A stretch of 63,577 nucleotides of DNA, filler included, from Dimorphilus gyrociliatus (GCA_904063045.1; 4 parts of 4 records of this genome joined end to end with filler, not necessarily neighbours in it); one strand, 5' to 3'. Shown: positions 1 to 12,817, numbered from the whole stretch's first letter. Program-made: numbers and translations. Notes: generated from the sequence alone by a model not told the origin.

Positions 1-1545
1 ATGTTATCATTATCATTTTCATCAGAGCATAGGAATTGTCATAATTTCTCTTCAGTGTTGTTTAAAGTATATAATTCAAGTTTATCTTCTTCATGAATTA
101 CAACAATGATATTCAAATTTCTAGTGGGTGTTCATTGTGGACAATTCACTGGCTTATCAGTCAGTACTGGATTGGCAAACCTTAACCCCAAGACATAACT
201 CAGCCTTTAACTATGTCCAACCTTTTTCATTACCCTTAACTCTTACATGAAACCCTCCAAAGTACAAATCAGCTGCTGTCCTATTTTTAAAGCTTATTCA
301 CACTCAAAATGACTTTTATTGCTTAGCTGACCGCAAGGTGGCAGCAGTGTAGAAGTTCGATATTTTAGTTTAAATAGCAGTACCTCGAATCATTAGCTAA
401 ACAACACCATTTCTTTTTACAAATAAGATAAGTCACATGATCAAAGTGATTTTTTTAAACAGTCAATCAATAATGATTATTTCTTGGATAAATTTGATGA
501 AACATGAATTAAAAAATGCTAGTTGGGTGATAAATGACACAACTTATCTCTTTGGTGTGATTAAACAGAGAATAGAGCAAAATTTAAACCTATTGCAATG
601 TCTTTTTCAAACTTGATAATCTAGGTAATACGTCACGTGACAAAATTGATCATATCTTAAGAATAACAAACATTTATTGAAAATAAGATAAGACAAATAG
701 TCTTAGCTTTGGAACCATCTCTTTAAGTTCGTTTATAAGTCAAGTATTATCATAAATATCGAATAGCACTGTGTGATTACGCCATTCATCTGATGTTATT
801 CAAGTAAAGTATAGGCCTATTACTCAAATTTAAACTATTCTCAAAAAGAACCCAAGTAAGTAAGCACCAAATTAACTTGAAGTGTTTCTTTGGTTTACCT
901 ACTTTACCGAATTTTAATATTTGATCAGAGCATATAAAAAATTTGACACTTTTAACTTTCACATGAAATTTTCTTAATAAGTCACGTGATCATTTGATAT
1001 ACTTCAAAAATGTTTCTATAAAAATCTTGGAGAAAATGAAACGAAGCTGTCAATAGACAGCTCTTAAGAGGGGGGAAGAGAAGTGTTTATCCGGAAGAAC
1101 ATAGGCCTAAAAACAAAATGTTTAAGCTGGTTTATTAAAAATCATTTTAGATTTAATCATTTAGATATAAATGCTCTAATTAAATTTTAACTATTTCCGA
1201 ATGGAAACCACACTATATTTATAATTGAAAACATGATCAATTTCTTTTGTCCATTTATCTATAAAGTAAGTTTTCGTGGGAATGAAAGTTAAAGTAGGAA
1301 AATTTTAGACAATAATATCTTACTCAAACATTTTTTCCTCCTCTCGCCAATAACTCGAAAAGTGTATTACATTGTAAATATTAGACAAAATATCTTAAAT
1401 TCATAATTTCAAGCACTTTGGAATTTTAAATCTTACTTTCGCTTTCATTTAAATATTTATAGTAAATCTGTTTTTTTTTTTATTTCAGAACGCAAATTGC
1501 TCCATTGATTTCAGGAAGAAAAAAGAAAAAACTCAACAATTGAAT

Positions 1546-4500
1546 ATGGGATTTTGCTTTTCAAAAGAAAATGCAGTTGAACCGGAAATTTATAATCCAG
1601 GTGATAAGAATTTACATTTTATATTTTCAGGTAAAAAAAATAGTTGAAAAGTTTTGTTTATATTGAAAAAAGATATTGAAAAACAATTGGCCGAAGTTCA
1701 ACATGCTCTGAAAGGAGATTTTAAAAGTATGGGATTTCCAACAAACGTTACTCTTCGAATAGCAAATATGGAATGGTTTCAAATGGTAAACTATAGACAG
1801 ATAGCAATTCCTCCTCATACTATATTTCCTAATCCAAATACAAAAGAAAGCATCCTAAAAAATTACAATTTTGAATCAGTAGATAAGTTTGTCTTGAAAA
1901 AAAATGGAAAAACATTTTTAAATAAATCACCAAAGCAAATTGCAATTTATTTAACAAAGGATTACAATGATGAAATGTTAAAAGCTAGAGCTTTATTTAG
2001 ATGGTTGGCATCGCTAGATTTGAATAAAGTCAGTTTTGACAAACTATTAGACCATCAGATGAGATCTACTTTACTAGGATTAAAGAATTATGAAAAAGCT
2101 TATAGTAAAGTATTTGAAGAACTTTGCAGGTAGGAATTTAATTTACTATTTCAATGCTTTATTTCATTTTTTGAATTTTTCAAAAAGTTATGTAAATATT
2201 CATTGCCTTCAAATTGTCGGTTATGCTAAACATGCAGGATATGAAATTGGAGATAATATAGACACAAATGATCTAAGCCTATGGAATGTTATTAGAATAA
2301 ATAAATTTTGGTATTTATGTGATGCTAACTTTGCCTCTCGGAAAGTATGTCAAGAAGAGAAAAAATATTCATTGTTAGCTTCTTTCTTTAAGAAAAAAAG
2401 TGATGAAAGTGTACTTTCTTATAAATATGATGATGGATACTTTCTACCAAATCCAGAGGAATTTATTTACAAACATATGGCTAGAAATCCCAGACACCAG
2501 CTTTTGGCAAGGGAACTAAATGTTGAAGAATTCAGAGATTTGGCCTATTTAAGGCCAGCATTCTTTCAGCATAAATTAGGCATTGTATCCCATCCGAAGT
2601 GTATTGTTTATGCCGGAAGTCATAAAAATGAAATTCTTATCTCAACAAGTAAAACGTTTCCTGTAAGATTTATTAAATCTCTTTATATAGAGAACACTAC
2701 TGTCTTAGAAGAGAGTGTAAGACGGCAGATACTTGACAAGACAATTGACCCGAATGAACATATTAAAATGTTCCAAGATCAGAAGAAAGAACTACTCATC
2801 ATTAGAATGAAACTACCCCAAACTGCAACTTATAAATTAAGATTACAGGTGATGGAAGACCATAATAATACGAAAGAAGAGAACGATTATGACTGGTGTA
2901 CTGATTACATCATCAAGTATACGAAGACAGATGATGTCTTTATCCCACCATTTCCACACACCTATCAACACGAAATGGGCCCTAATTACAAAACTAGGAA
3001 CCACAACTTTTTAAATATGTTTCCAAAGGTTGGAATGTATAGTTCGACAAATAAGAATTACACAGAAATTCATTTTGATGGTGATGATGACGAATATGAG
3101 TACTATGTTCAAGTGACAAACGTTCGCTTTTCCCCAAAATTCTTACAAAAATATTGCCTATCCCGATTCGAAAATGGCTTTGGCCATATCAAATTTTATT
3201 TCCCCGCCTCAGGTGAATACGGTATAAATATTTTTGGTCAAAGGAGGAAAACTGAGTACAAATACAGTTGTCTATGTTTGAATTTAATTGAAAAGGAACC
3301 GGAAATGTATCTACCTTCAATATGCTCATATGTAGTTACTAATGAACAAGAGCCAAATTATACATTGATATTTCCAGAAAATGAAAAGTTTACTATTGGC
3401 AAACAACACGATTATTTTAAATTGAAATTAATGATTGAAGATAATTTTCAATCTTATCAAGAATGTTTTAGAAAGATATATTTCAAAATATTCAAAAGGA
3501 TACCATGCCAATTTAAAATTGAATTATATTGGTATGATGACAAAGAGAATAAGCATGATTTTTCAGTGTATTCATTCTTCGAGAATAGCGTTGAAAGTGT
3601 TTCATTCCATATCAATTTTCCATTGCCAGGAATGTATAAATTCCTTATTTATGGTAAACAATTGAATTCGAGAGATAAATACAAATTGGTTTACAATTGC
3701 TACTTTTACGCTATTGAATCTGACCCAAATACATTCCAATTTCCGGTTATCACTGATAAATGGAGAATAAGTGAAAGTCATAAAATTATTCAACCATTCA
3801 AAAAACTCTATTCAAATGAGAAAGTAAGATTTCAAATTCAAGGTTTAAAGGCGAATTCAATGATTGGTTGTTTTACAAACAACAGAGAATTTGAGTTTAC
3901 TTTTTTCAACGATAGTTGGGAGTGTGAAATTGATATTGATAATTATTCTGGTGAGCTAATTATCAAAGCACAGATTTATAAATCTGCAAAATTCTTTACA
4001 CAAATTTTAACTTATAAAATTTTTAAAAGACCTTATGAAAAACCTAAACAAATTGCAATAGAGGAAAGAAAGGAGGAACCCACTCAGGTGGAGCCTATTC
4101 AAGAGGAATCTATTCAAGAGGAACCTATTCAAGAGGAGCCTATTCAAGAGGAGCCTATTCAAGAGGAGCCTATTCAAGAAGAACCAATTCAAGAAGAACC
4201 TATTCAAGAAGAACCTATTCAAGAATCCTATGAGATTGACATTATTGAAAATATTGAAAATATACCAATAATTCAAACTGAAACTATTGAAAATGATCAT
4301 GAACCTTCTCACGAAATTGGAGAAGTTGATTGGTCACAACAAATGCTAGATGTAATTTATGTAAGTGAATTCCTACCTGAAGAATCCGATAGCGAAGATG
4401 AAACAATTATTACAGATGTAAGTTTTCTTGTTTTCTTTTATACTACTCACTAATGTCAAGTTTTCCCACTAGGAAAATGAGAATAATGATTTGATTGATA

Positions 4501-4654
4501 TTGAGAAAAATGACCAAACCAGTGAGAATCCAGATGATAAAGAAGAACAATCTTTATTGACGAATGCAACAGAACCAGGAAAGCAGAGTAACAGCAATCA
4601 ATTAGCCAACAAAGTTCGAGGTAAGTGTAAGTTTCATTCAAAGAATTCACCTAA

Positions 4655-4691
<37 letters not shown>

Positions 4692-5264
4692 ACAGAATTA
4701 GAAAAAGCGTGCCAAGAGAAAGATTACAAAAAGTTGATAATTGCTATTAATAAAGCATCTATTAAACCAATACCTCCTTCAATAAAAGAAAATTTAGCAA
4801 AGGCAAATGAATTGAAAAAAAATATGGAGGAAATTCGAAAGTTGAGGAGGAGAGTCTTAAAATTGAATGCAAGAAGTATTACTGAATTAAATCAGTATAA
4901 TCAACCACCAACAGTTGTACACACTGTTATGAAAGCAACATTATTAATTCTATCAATAAGTGAAATACGAACAGAAGAATGGAAAGATTGCAGAGTTTAT
5001 ATTAACTATACAAGTTCGAATTCAATGTTAAAAAAGATTAAAGCACTAAAGGTTTTAAAAGTTCATCCTTCAATTATTCTTAGAGCTGATGAAATACTCA
5101 AAAACCTAAATGGACGAGAGGTTGCTGATGCTAGTGCCGGTGCAGCGGCATTCTATATTTGGTGTAAAGGTAATATTGACTTGTATAGAAAGATTAAGAA
5201 GAATGAAATAGAAAATGCACAACCAGCAACAAAAAAATTCCAGAAGAGTTTGTTTACATCTTAA
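1546..5264 (+). CDS. Hillarin/kyphoscoliosis-peptidase (LTD-1)-like multi-exon protein: transglutaminase-like domain, KY-type Ig-like region, acidic repeat, C-terminal dynein-stalk (MTBD)-like domain
   Basis: ATG at 1546 gives MGFCFSK. ORFs 1654-2133, 2090-4453 and 4491-5264 can be joined by short GT-AG introns (~2130-2188, ~4418-4472, ~4621-4695); the first intron (from 1601) has an uncertain acceptor. Motifs KARALFRWL, FEELC..C..I.GYAK..GYEIG, WNVIRI..WYLCD, RELN.EEF..L and the C-terminal ITELNQYNQPP..VH.VMKAT...W...ASAGAAAFYIW match the family. Confidence 0.75.
4073..4222 (+). repeat. Coding 15-bp tandem repeat, about 10 units encoding (EEPIQ)n
   Basis: Units GAGGAGCCTATTCAA / GAAGAACCTATTCAA read directly; translation EEPTQ VEPIQ EESIQ then EEPIQ x7. 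Confidence 0.95.
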
Positions 5265-5635
5265 GAACAATTTACAATTGAACTGTACTCAATATCCCTC
5301 AGACTGCAATAAGAGAGTTTCAACAGGGCGAAAAAGTCATCAGAGTTTATAGTCTTTATTGTTAGATAGGCCTATATCAGACAGAAATTCTCAGAAGAAT
5401 ATTCCTTTGTTCCATTTTAAACTTTTAAAGATTTTTTCCTGACAAATAATTAATTAGCCAATGTCTATTCAACTAATGATTTATAGAGAAAGAATAAATG
5501 AATTCAAAGGTTTTGCAGTTGACAGTTCTTTTGTAGATGAAAATGTATTGGAAAATTTTATGGTAATGTTTGGTGTTACAAACTCTTACAAACTCTATAT
5601 ACAAACTACTATGTTATCATATAAATGTAAAGGGG

Positions 5636-6950
5636 TTAATAGTAATTTGTATACATTTTCTTCAAATTTCTTATTGCACTCGTATCCTTAAATTCAATAA
5701 GAAGAGTTTGGAGTTCTTTTGCAGCGCTTGTAACTTTTCTACAGCAATTTCTTTCCAGATTTTCAACAATATCAAATATAAAATGACTTGTTTCTGCTGA
5801 ATGAGTATAAAAGTTCATTGCAATGTTAAATTCATCGACAGTTTTAGATTCTACAAGAGAAGTAGCCATCTTTTTTAGAAAGTAGGAATTTGAAAATCTA
5901 TAACCCAAAGTGAATCTATGACTATCAATGGGATCCAATCGCGATGTCCAATCCACTCCAAATATGTTTGTAATATTTTTCAATTGTCTTTCAACAAACG
6001 GAATCATTTCTGTTGTTTTTTCTCCATCAACTTTCATAGTATAAAATTGCCGATATCCTTTCAAAACTGCTAACCAAACAGACTTTAAGTATAACTCTGA
6101 TAAGATTTTTGTAATAAAAATACTTGATTGTTCCAAAAAAACCAAAAATATTACTTTCAAAATCTCTTTCCGAAGATTCTAGTATATTACAAACAAATTG
6201 CGAAATCCATTCGGTAATGTAATTTGAAGGAATACGAAAATTTGCATACTTTTCAAGTAGAGGAATTACAGAATTAATTAGTAGATTTTCATTTTTTTCC
6301 CAATATTTCAATACATTTCCTATGATTTTATGCTTACTTGAATCGCATTTCTTTGATTGAATTTTTATTAGCTTAATTAAGCCAATCTTTTCAAGGTTTT
6401 GATTGCATGTTTGTATTGTTCAATTAATATTCTAGGCATACACAAAAACATAGCCAGTCTATTATTGAATTGGTTTATATCTTCTGAATTAATTATATTG
6501 CAACTGTTCAATACAAATTCTTCAGGTGATGAAAAAATCCTCTTTAAAATTGAAAATATGTCGGAAGAAAATGCACTTTCTAGCACATTTTCATTCTCAT
6601 TGAAAAATGCAATCATCCTATGAAAAAGCTTTATCATTAGAGCATATTGGAAGAAAAAACACACCAGATTAATAAAAATTTTCGAGTATACTAAAAGCAA
6701 TTTCATTAGACTCTATAATGTTATTAATATCATCTTTTGATTGGGTTCTCACTAAATTATGAGCATGACTGAGAAATCTTTCTTTACTTTAATTTAATAA
6801 TCGAAATTAATTCTTTACTTAGTTGTGCCAATGATTTAGCATTTAAAATCGTACAGAGAGTATTCGAAAATTTAGCGTGATCCCAGAGAGAAGGATTTGA
6901 AGAAAATTCCTTAATTGTTCTTTCGTATTCGTCTTTTTCCATTGTATGAG
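5636..6950 (-). pseudogene. Uncharacterised, apparently intronless helical-protein ORF broken by frameshifts and stops
   Basis: Overlapping minus-strand ORFs 6377-6706, 6027-6311 and 5636-6160 in different frames, plus an upstream ATG frame at ~6947 (MSHTMEKDEYERTIKEF...). No recognisable domain. Confidence 0.35.
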
Positions 6951-7815
6951 ACATGTTATACTGAATCCAATCAGTAGCTTTATATGCTATTTGTGAGCAA
7001 ACTATTGGTGATACAGCTGAAAATGGTAGAAGAAAATGACATCTATTCTATTTGGTTGAATAATTTTAATGAATCTTACAGGTAGAATTTACCATAAAGA
7101 AGAGAAGACAAAGAAGAGTGATAGAAATGATAAATTTCATTCTTATCATTTCCTTTGTAATGGCAAACTAAAAATTATATATCTATATACTAGATATCTT
7201 AATATTAGAAGATATGAAATTATATCTAAATTACAGCTAATTGTATAGTTAAAATAATGATATAATATCTGTCTCTTAAATATGATTACTTTTAATGGTA
7301 AACTTTTCTGAAAGATCAAAAGATTTTGAAAATTATGTATTTCTGGAACAGGGTATTAATAAATTAATGATGAAAATTGGAAATAGAAACAATCCTGGAT
7401 GGCAGCCTATGTGTGGACAATCTACATCAATGTCAATTTTTGTCTAACCCTTAAATTGAATCCTCCAAAGTTACATATCCCATTTAGCCATTTCCCAGCC
7501 CAAAATCTAATTTTCAACCGGTTCGGCCTAAAAAGGCATTACAGAATTTTCGTAACATTCTAATGTTTAAAAAAAGAATAAAACATTCCTATCGATTATT
7601 TCGTAATAGTTCTATTGTTGTTTGGAAGCTATTTTAATCTATCATCGTCAGCATAAACAAAATATAAAACATCTGTACAAAAACAAATGGCGAATGAATT
7701 TATTGTAAAAGTGATTAACAATATGGCGTAAGTTGTTGTTTTCTGAAGTGAATTACTAAACTCATTTATTAATTATCAGCAACTATTCAAGCAGTTAAAA
7801 AACAAAGAACAAACT

Positions 7816-9721
7816 ATGGAAGGTAATTTGTCTATTGACGGAGAAAAAATGGAGAATATCAATTCGGCGGAAGTAAAATATAAAACGCCATTATTGTTAT
7901 CCAACTGGAAAAGTCTCTCTGAAGATATTAGTATGATTGGTGTGAAATATATTGCTAATAGTAAATATTCAATTCTGAAAAGGATTATCTGGTTCCTATT
8001 AGTTGCTTTTGGATTTGGATTTATGCTATATCAGTTACGTGATCGTATCACTTATTTCTTAGAATTCAACACACTCTCCCACATTAAAATCGTTTCTAAT
8101 AATCAACTCGATTTTCCACTTGTAACAATTTGCAATGAAAACAGATACTTTCGTGCCAAAGTTATGTCAAAAGGTGTGATTTCTATTTCGAATGTTTTAA
8201 GCCTATTCAGGGTCAGGAACTTGGGGGTTCGACAGAAAACGTCTCTAAGCGGGATACGTAAAGGAAAGGGTTTTACATGGAAAGAATGTCAGCTAACGGT
8301 TAGGGTTAGGATAAAATCATACATTTGGGGACATTTTCTGTCATACCCAATATTAAACAGGGGCTAAAGGCTAACTTAGGGCAAGGGTTAAGCTTTAGCT
8401 TTTCTTAAATAGTCCTATTTAAATAAAAGATTGTTATTTCTTGTTTTGTAGAAATGAAAGCGGCTATCACTCATTTCTTCTCTGTAGATCCGGCAAAGAC
8501 CAAGCTTAATCTTACTGAAGATATTAAACACCTATTAAATAATTCCCATATGGATTGGGGTGAACTTTACGAAAAGCTTGGTCAATCACGTGATAACGCT
8601 ATTGTTCATGTGTATAATTAATTTTTGAATTAGACAAATTATAAAAATTGTTCTTTCTATTCTTCTATTGAACAGTGTACATTCAAACAAGAAAGTTGTA
8701 ATTACAAAAATTTCAGCCTAGTTCAAACAAATATGGGTGGATGTTTTCAATTCAATTCAGGTATGGAATTTTAGTAAGTTTTAAACTAATCATTATCTCT
8801 GCATTTCCTCTCTTCCCTTGTCACTGGAAAACAACAAAAAGAATCCAACAAAGTTGTAAAATCAGCAGGAGCCGCCAGCGGATTAATGATATACTTGAAT
8901 ACAAGACAAAAGGATTATTTAATAACAAGTTCAATATCGGCTGGTTTTCGTGTAAATTTTTGAAAATTTCACAAAAAATTTCCTTTAACGTCATTTTTCA
9001 AATTTCTAAACAGATATTAATACACGATTCGAAAGATATACCGGAAATGCTTGAAAAGGGTGTTAAAGTCTCATTTGGTAACGAATATATGATTTCAACA
9101 AAGTTGAAATTAAGCACATTCCTTCCCAGTCCCTATGGAGATTGCGTGGAAGATGAAGATTATAGATTTTCTCTTTGTAAGAAGCAATGTTACTCGGATT
9201 TTATTTTAAAAAATTGTAATTGTGTATCACCGGAAATGATACGTAATGCCTAAACTTAAAACTACTCATAACGTTAAAAATATTCTTTTATTATAGCTAC
9301 AAGCGACAGTAGTGTCATCTGTTCTCCGATCAATTTACTATGCATTAAGGAGAAATCCTTATACTTTTTCAAAAATGAAATATTTACTAAATGCAATTGT
9401 TTGGGTCAATGCCGTAATCTTGAATTTCCCACTTTTCTCTCTTTCTCAAAGTTCAAGGACTCCTATAAAGATAATATAGGGAGGATAATCGATATTAAGG
9501 AACCTATTTCGGATGATCTTCTTGCAATTAATATCTTTTATTCATCTTTGCTCAGCGAGGAAATCAATGAAAAAGCAGCCTATACTTGGCTGGCACTTAT
9601 GTCAGATATTGGTGGAGCTTTTGGCCTAGTTTTAGGAGCTACTGTTTTAACAGTTTTTGAATTTTTGGACTTTTTAATTCATACTTGTTTTCAAAGTATT
9701 GGAAGGAGGTCATGTGTTTGA
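7816..9721 (+). CDS. DEG/ENaC (ASIC-like) channel subunit, multi-exon
   Basis: Exons ~7816-8173, 8452-8609, 8676-8760, 8827-8951, ~9015-9240, ~9297-9721. TM1 RIIWFLLVAFGFGFMLYQ, FPLVTICNEN, GGCFQFNS, SAGFR/ILIH, Cys-rich thumb, TM2 LMSDIGGAFGLVLGATVLTVFEFLDF. Confidence 0.92.
8225..8350. mobile_element. Small non-autonomous repeat (MITE/HINE-like) in intron 1 of the DEG/ENaC gene
   Basis: GACAGAAAACGTC ... GACATTTTCTGTC imperfect inverted repeat enclosing TTAGGGTTAGG; same family as 10133 and 28300 copies. Confidence 0.55.
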
Positions 9722-10132
9722 AGTTTTAGATAAACTTTTAAACTCTTTCCACTTTCATTTCTTTTACTTAAAAAACATTACTTGTGACAAACATCTGATA
9801 GATGGCGCTACCGTTCAAAATATAATTTCAATATGAGTATTTTGTGTGGTAAAACTATAGAGAAATTCAAAAAAATTGAATATTTTATTATTTAAATAGA
9901 AAATGATAAAAAATCACTGTACTCAATAAGAGATGATAGAAATGATCATGATGACATATTGCCTCCATTCAAGTAGGACATTGCTTGATAATTCTAACAA
10001 ACTGTAAAGAAAAGTTTGTTTTATGTTAGTAAGCGAAATATGAATAAGTAATGCTCTAAAGTCACATCAAGTAATTACGAATATAACATCAAATAGATAT
10101 CTAGGCCTATTCTGAATGTAAGCAATTGCTGA

Positions 10133-10250
10133 GAGGGGTCAACAGAAAACGTCCACAAATGAGAATTTTTAGTGTTAGGTTTTGTCATAGAAACATCCAC
10201 AAATTTATGCTTTTACCCTAACCCTAACCTAACTCTTGGGTTTGTTTAAC
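10133..10250. mobile_element. Partial copy of the same ACAGAAAACGTCC repeat family
   Basis: GGGGTCAACAGAAAACGTCCACAAATGAG followed by ACCCTAACCCTAACCTAAC. Confidence 0.5.
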
Positions 10251-11083
10251 CATTTTCAATAGCCCTAATCATATAGTTATCTTAATCCATTTAGTCATTT
10301 TTCCCATCACTCTCCTCTTAACCATATCAGTTAATACAAATCCATTGGAAAATAATCCAGAAATGAAGAGTACTATTGAAAGAAAGCTATGCAGATGATT
10401 TTCCCAGTCGTTGGTTGTGACGACATATTAATTCCATCTAAGTAGGCCATGTCTTCAGGGCTATACCGGGAAAAACAGTTGAAAAACTGTAATGACGAGT
10501 TAAGTTTCTCATATGTTTTTGTTAAATATCTTTTAATCTCCATTTACTTAATGAACATGACCTAAAAGGTTCTAGGCTATATTTTCAATCTTTATCCATT
10601 CAAAACACCAAGGAATTCCCTAAATTCTTAGGTAGTACGCTAATTTGTAATTAAATATGTAGAGGGGTTCCTTCTAGTGATATCCTAACCATGCCAAATA
10701 ATCCTATCTGTAACCTGAAAGTAAGTAAAGCAGTTTATCAAAATATATTTGTTCTTTATGATATTTCAATAGCATAAATGTCGACAGTTTGTCCTGTACA
10801 AAACTAGTCTATTATGAATCTAAAATTTCAGCTACAGATGGCGCCACTAATAAGTAAATTACTGCTGATTGTACTGAAGTTATAAAAGAAAAAAAGTGTT
10901 GTTTTCTACATATCAAGCTATCTACAATCTCAAAAAGGCACATAACAGGAAATATTCGACTCTTGTTTTTAATACCAAGCTTATTATAAAGTATAAATAT
11001 TGAAAATATATAAATAGCCCTAGTATTCTGATTGAAGATACTCAACTGATAAAATAACAACAACAAACAAAGAGAAATTTCAG

Positions 11084-11305
11084 TTAAAAATTGTGCTGAG
11101 AATGTTTCTCCTTTGTTCTGAATGAGTTGCTATAAAGAAATAAAATTCTATTAAATAAATAGACTAACATAACATACTCATTAATATCTTTTACTCTTGA
11201 CAATGTAAACATCTGATCACTTACTTCTTTCACTGTTCTGAATAGAGACATGAAATTGTTTACTGTTTCTTCACCAACCTTTTCTGCAGGCTCTTTTCTA
11301 AACAA
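11084..11305 (-). CDS. Possible exon of a small uncharacterised gene
   Basis: Hydrophilic helical-looking ORF (..KEPAEKVGEETVNNFMSLFRTVKEVSDQMFTLSRVKDINEY..); no domain recognised. Confidence 0.25.
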   Translation of the reverse strand: MFRKEPAEKVGEETVNNFMSLFRTVKEVSDQMFTLSRVKDINEYVMLVYLFNRILFLYSNSFRTKEKHSQHNF

Positions 11306-11506
11306 TACATCTGATATATTAAACTAGTTTATACTAATATATAACTTTTAAATAATTGATTCATAATAATATAGCAAATACTAGTTTTAAAAGGTTTCTA
11401 TTGCCATTATAGCTGGTTTTGTTCAAGCAATTCATTTCTTAAACAAACATTTATAGATAAGTTATATTTAAATTTCAAAATTTGCCAAAGCAGAAACAAG
11501 CGCAAA

Positions 11507-12817
11507 TTGACAATGTTGAGCAACGATAAATACTGTTTTTGGTGTTTTCTATTTGGTTCAGTATTCTTCATTTCTGTAGATACTCAACACGTTAATATTG
11601 CCTTTAACCAAACTGTTTCTGTATCCACTTCAAACGGGAATGACGGTGATTTAGCGGTAAATGGAATATTTCATATAGATAGTTTCTTTCAGACCAACAT
11701 TTCATTATCATTGCGTCAATGGTGGATGGTAACTTTTGACAAACAATATTTCGTTCGAACAATTAGAATTCTCAATTCAAAAGATGGTTCTGGCATGAAA
11801 GATATAGACTTTTTAACTCATATCTCTACTGTTAATTATCTCAATTCTAGTCAATTTTCACTTTGTAATACAATAAATGAAATAATACCAAAAAGAAAAG
11901 CTGCAACAATTGATTGTTTAAAAGGTCCCCAATATTCAAGATCACTTGTTGTGGAGAAAAGATCAACTGATCACCCGTTAACTATATGCGAAATTGAAAT
12001 TTGGACAATGAGAGATATTGATAGAAATAAAATGGATGTTTCTACAAATGGTTGGTGGCTTAGAAATGCTAATGATGGTCAAAGTGACTCTGGAAGATTT
12101 TTGAAGTGTCCAGAAACTGCGTCCGCATCCCCTGGGTGGTGGAAAATGAACTTGGAAGTCATGAGTGAGTTATACGCCGTTTCTATTGTGAGTAGAGCTG
12201 GATTCAATAGTCGTTTGAATTCCATTAATATAATTGTAAACAATGATAATACCGAATTGCCATGGATACCAGAAAGAATATGCAGTAGCATTGACAAAGC
12301 TTCCTCATATATGACTAGAAGATGCCAAAAGTCTACTGTTGGTCAATTTCTTGCTTTAGTTAGGTCAACGGCATCGAACGTTATTATGTCTATTTGCGAG
12401 ATTGAAGTGTTTGGTTCAACTATTAAAGATGAACCTCAAGTTAATTGGGTTATAAATAGTTACAACTCTTCATTTCAACATTATAATGATAATAGTTCCT
12501 GCTCTGTTAATGCTGTTCATTCAATTGGTATTTCTCAATACCAATCAAAAGCCCTGGTGGCTGAATTAAAGGGTGTATCACTACTTCAGTCATGTCTTAA
12601 TGCTGCATTTAAAATCTACGTGACATCATTCACCATTGAAGAAGAATGTGAACTGATAAATCATGTAGATGGATACTACTCTGAGTTAGATATGATGGAT
12701 TCTTGTATTTTTAAATGTCAATGTCAGTCTAATAATTGTTTGAGAATTCATTTCACAATTTTACAGTCTAAACTACTCACTTTAAATAGAGATTTCTATA
12801 TTATTGTCAATATTTAA
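11507..12817 (+). CDS. Secreted protein with two tandem F-type lectin (fucolectin/FTP, F5/8-like) domains and a Cys-rich C-terminus
   Basis: Hydrophobic N-terminus. Two repeats of N(I)A..../A.DG...T...WW.V.....V..I.I.N/SR...L.ICEIE(I/V)(W/F). 436-aa single ORF. Confidence 0.8.
   Translation: MTMLSNDKYCFWCFLFGSVFFISVDTQHVNIAFNQTVSVSTSNGNDGDLAVNGIFHIDSFFQTNISLSLRQWWMVTFDKQYFVRTIRILNSKDGSGMKDIDFLTHISTVNYLNSSQFSLCNTINEIIPKRKAATIDCLKGPQYSRSLVVEKRSTDHPLTICEIEIWTMRDIDRNKMDVSTNGWWLRNANDGQSDSGRFLKCPETASASPGWWKMNLEVMSELYAVSIVSRAGFNSRLNSINIIVNNDNTELPWIPERICSSIDKASSYMTRRCQKSTVGQFLALVRSTASNVIMSICEIEVFGSTIKDEPQVNWVINSYNSSFQHYNDNSSCSVNAVHSIGISQYQSKALVAELKGVSLLQSCLNAAFKIYVTSFTIEEECELINHVDGYYSELDMMDSCIFKCQCQSNNCLRIHFTILQSKLLTLNRDFYIIVNI

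Noticed and set aside
4073-4222. CRISPR-like array
   Set aside because: Head-to-tail 15-bp units with no spacers, in frame within a eukaryotic CDS.
4007-4312. Antisense ORF with (LLNRF)n and other shadow ORFs (21510-21794, 27263-27622, 3435-3665, 37973-38212)
   Set aside because: They are opposite-strand or alternative-frame by-products of real repetitive CDSs.
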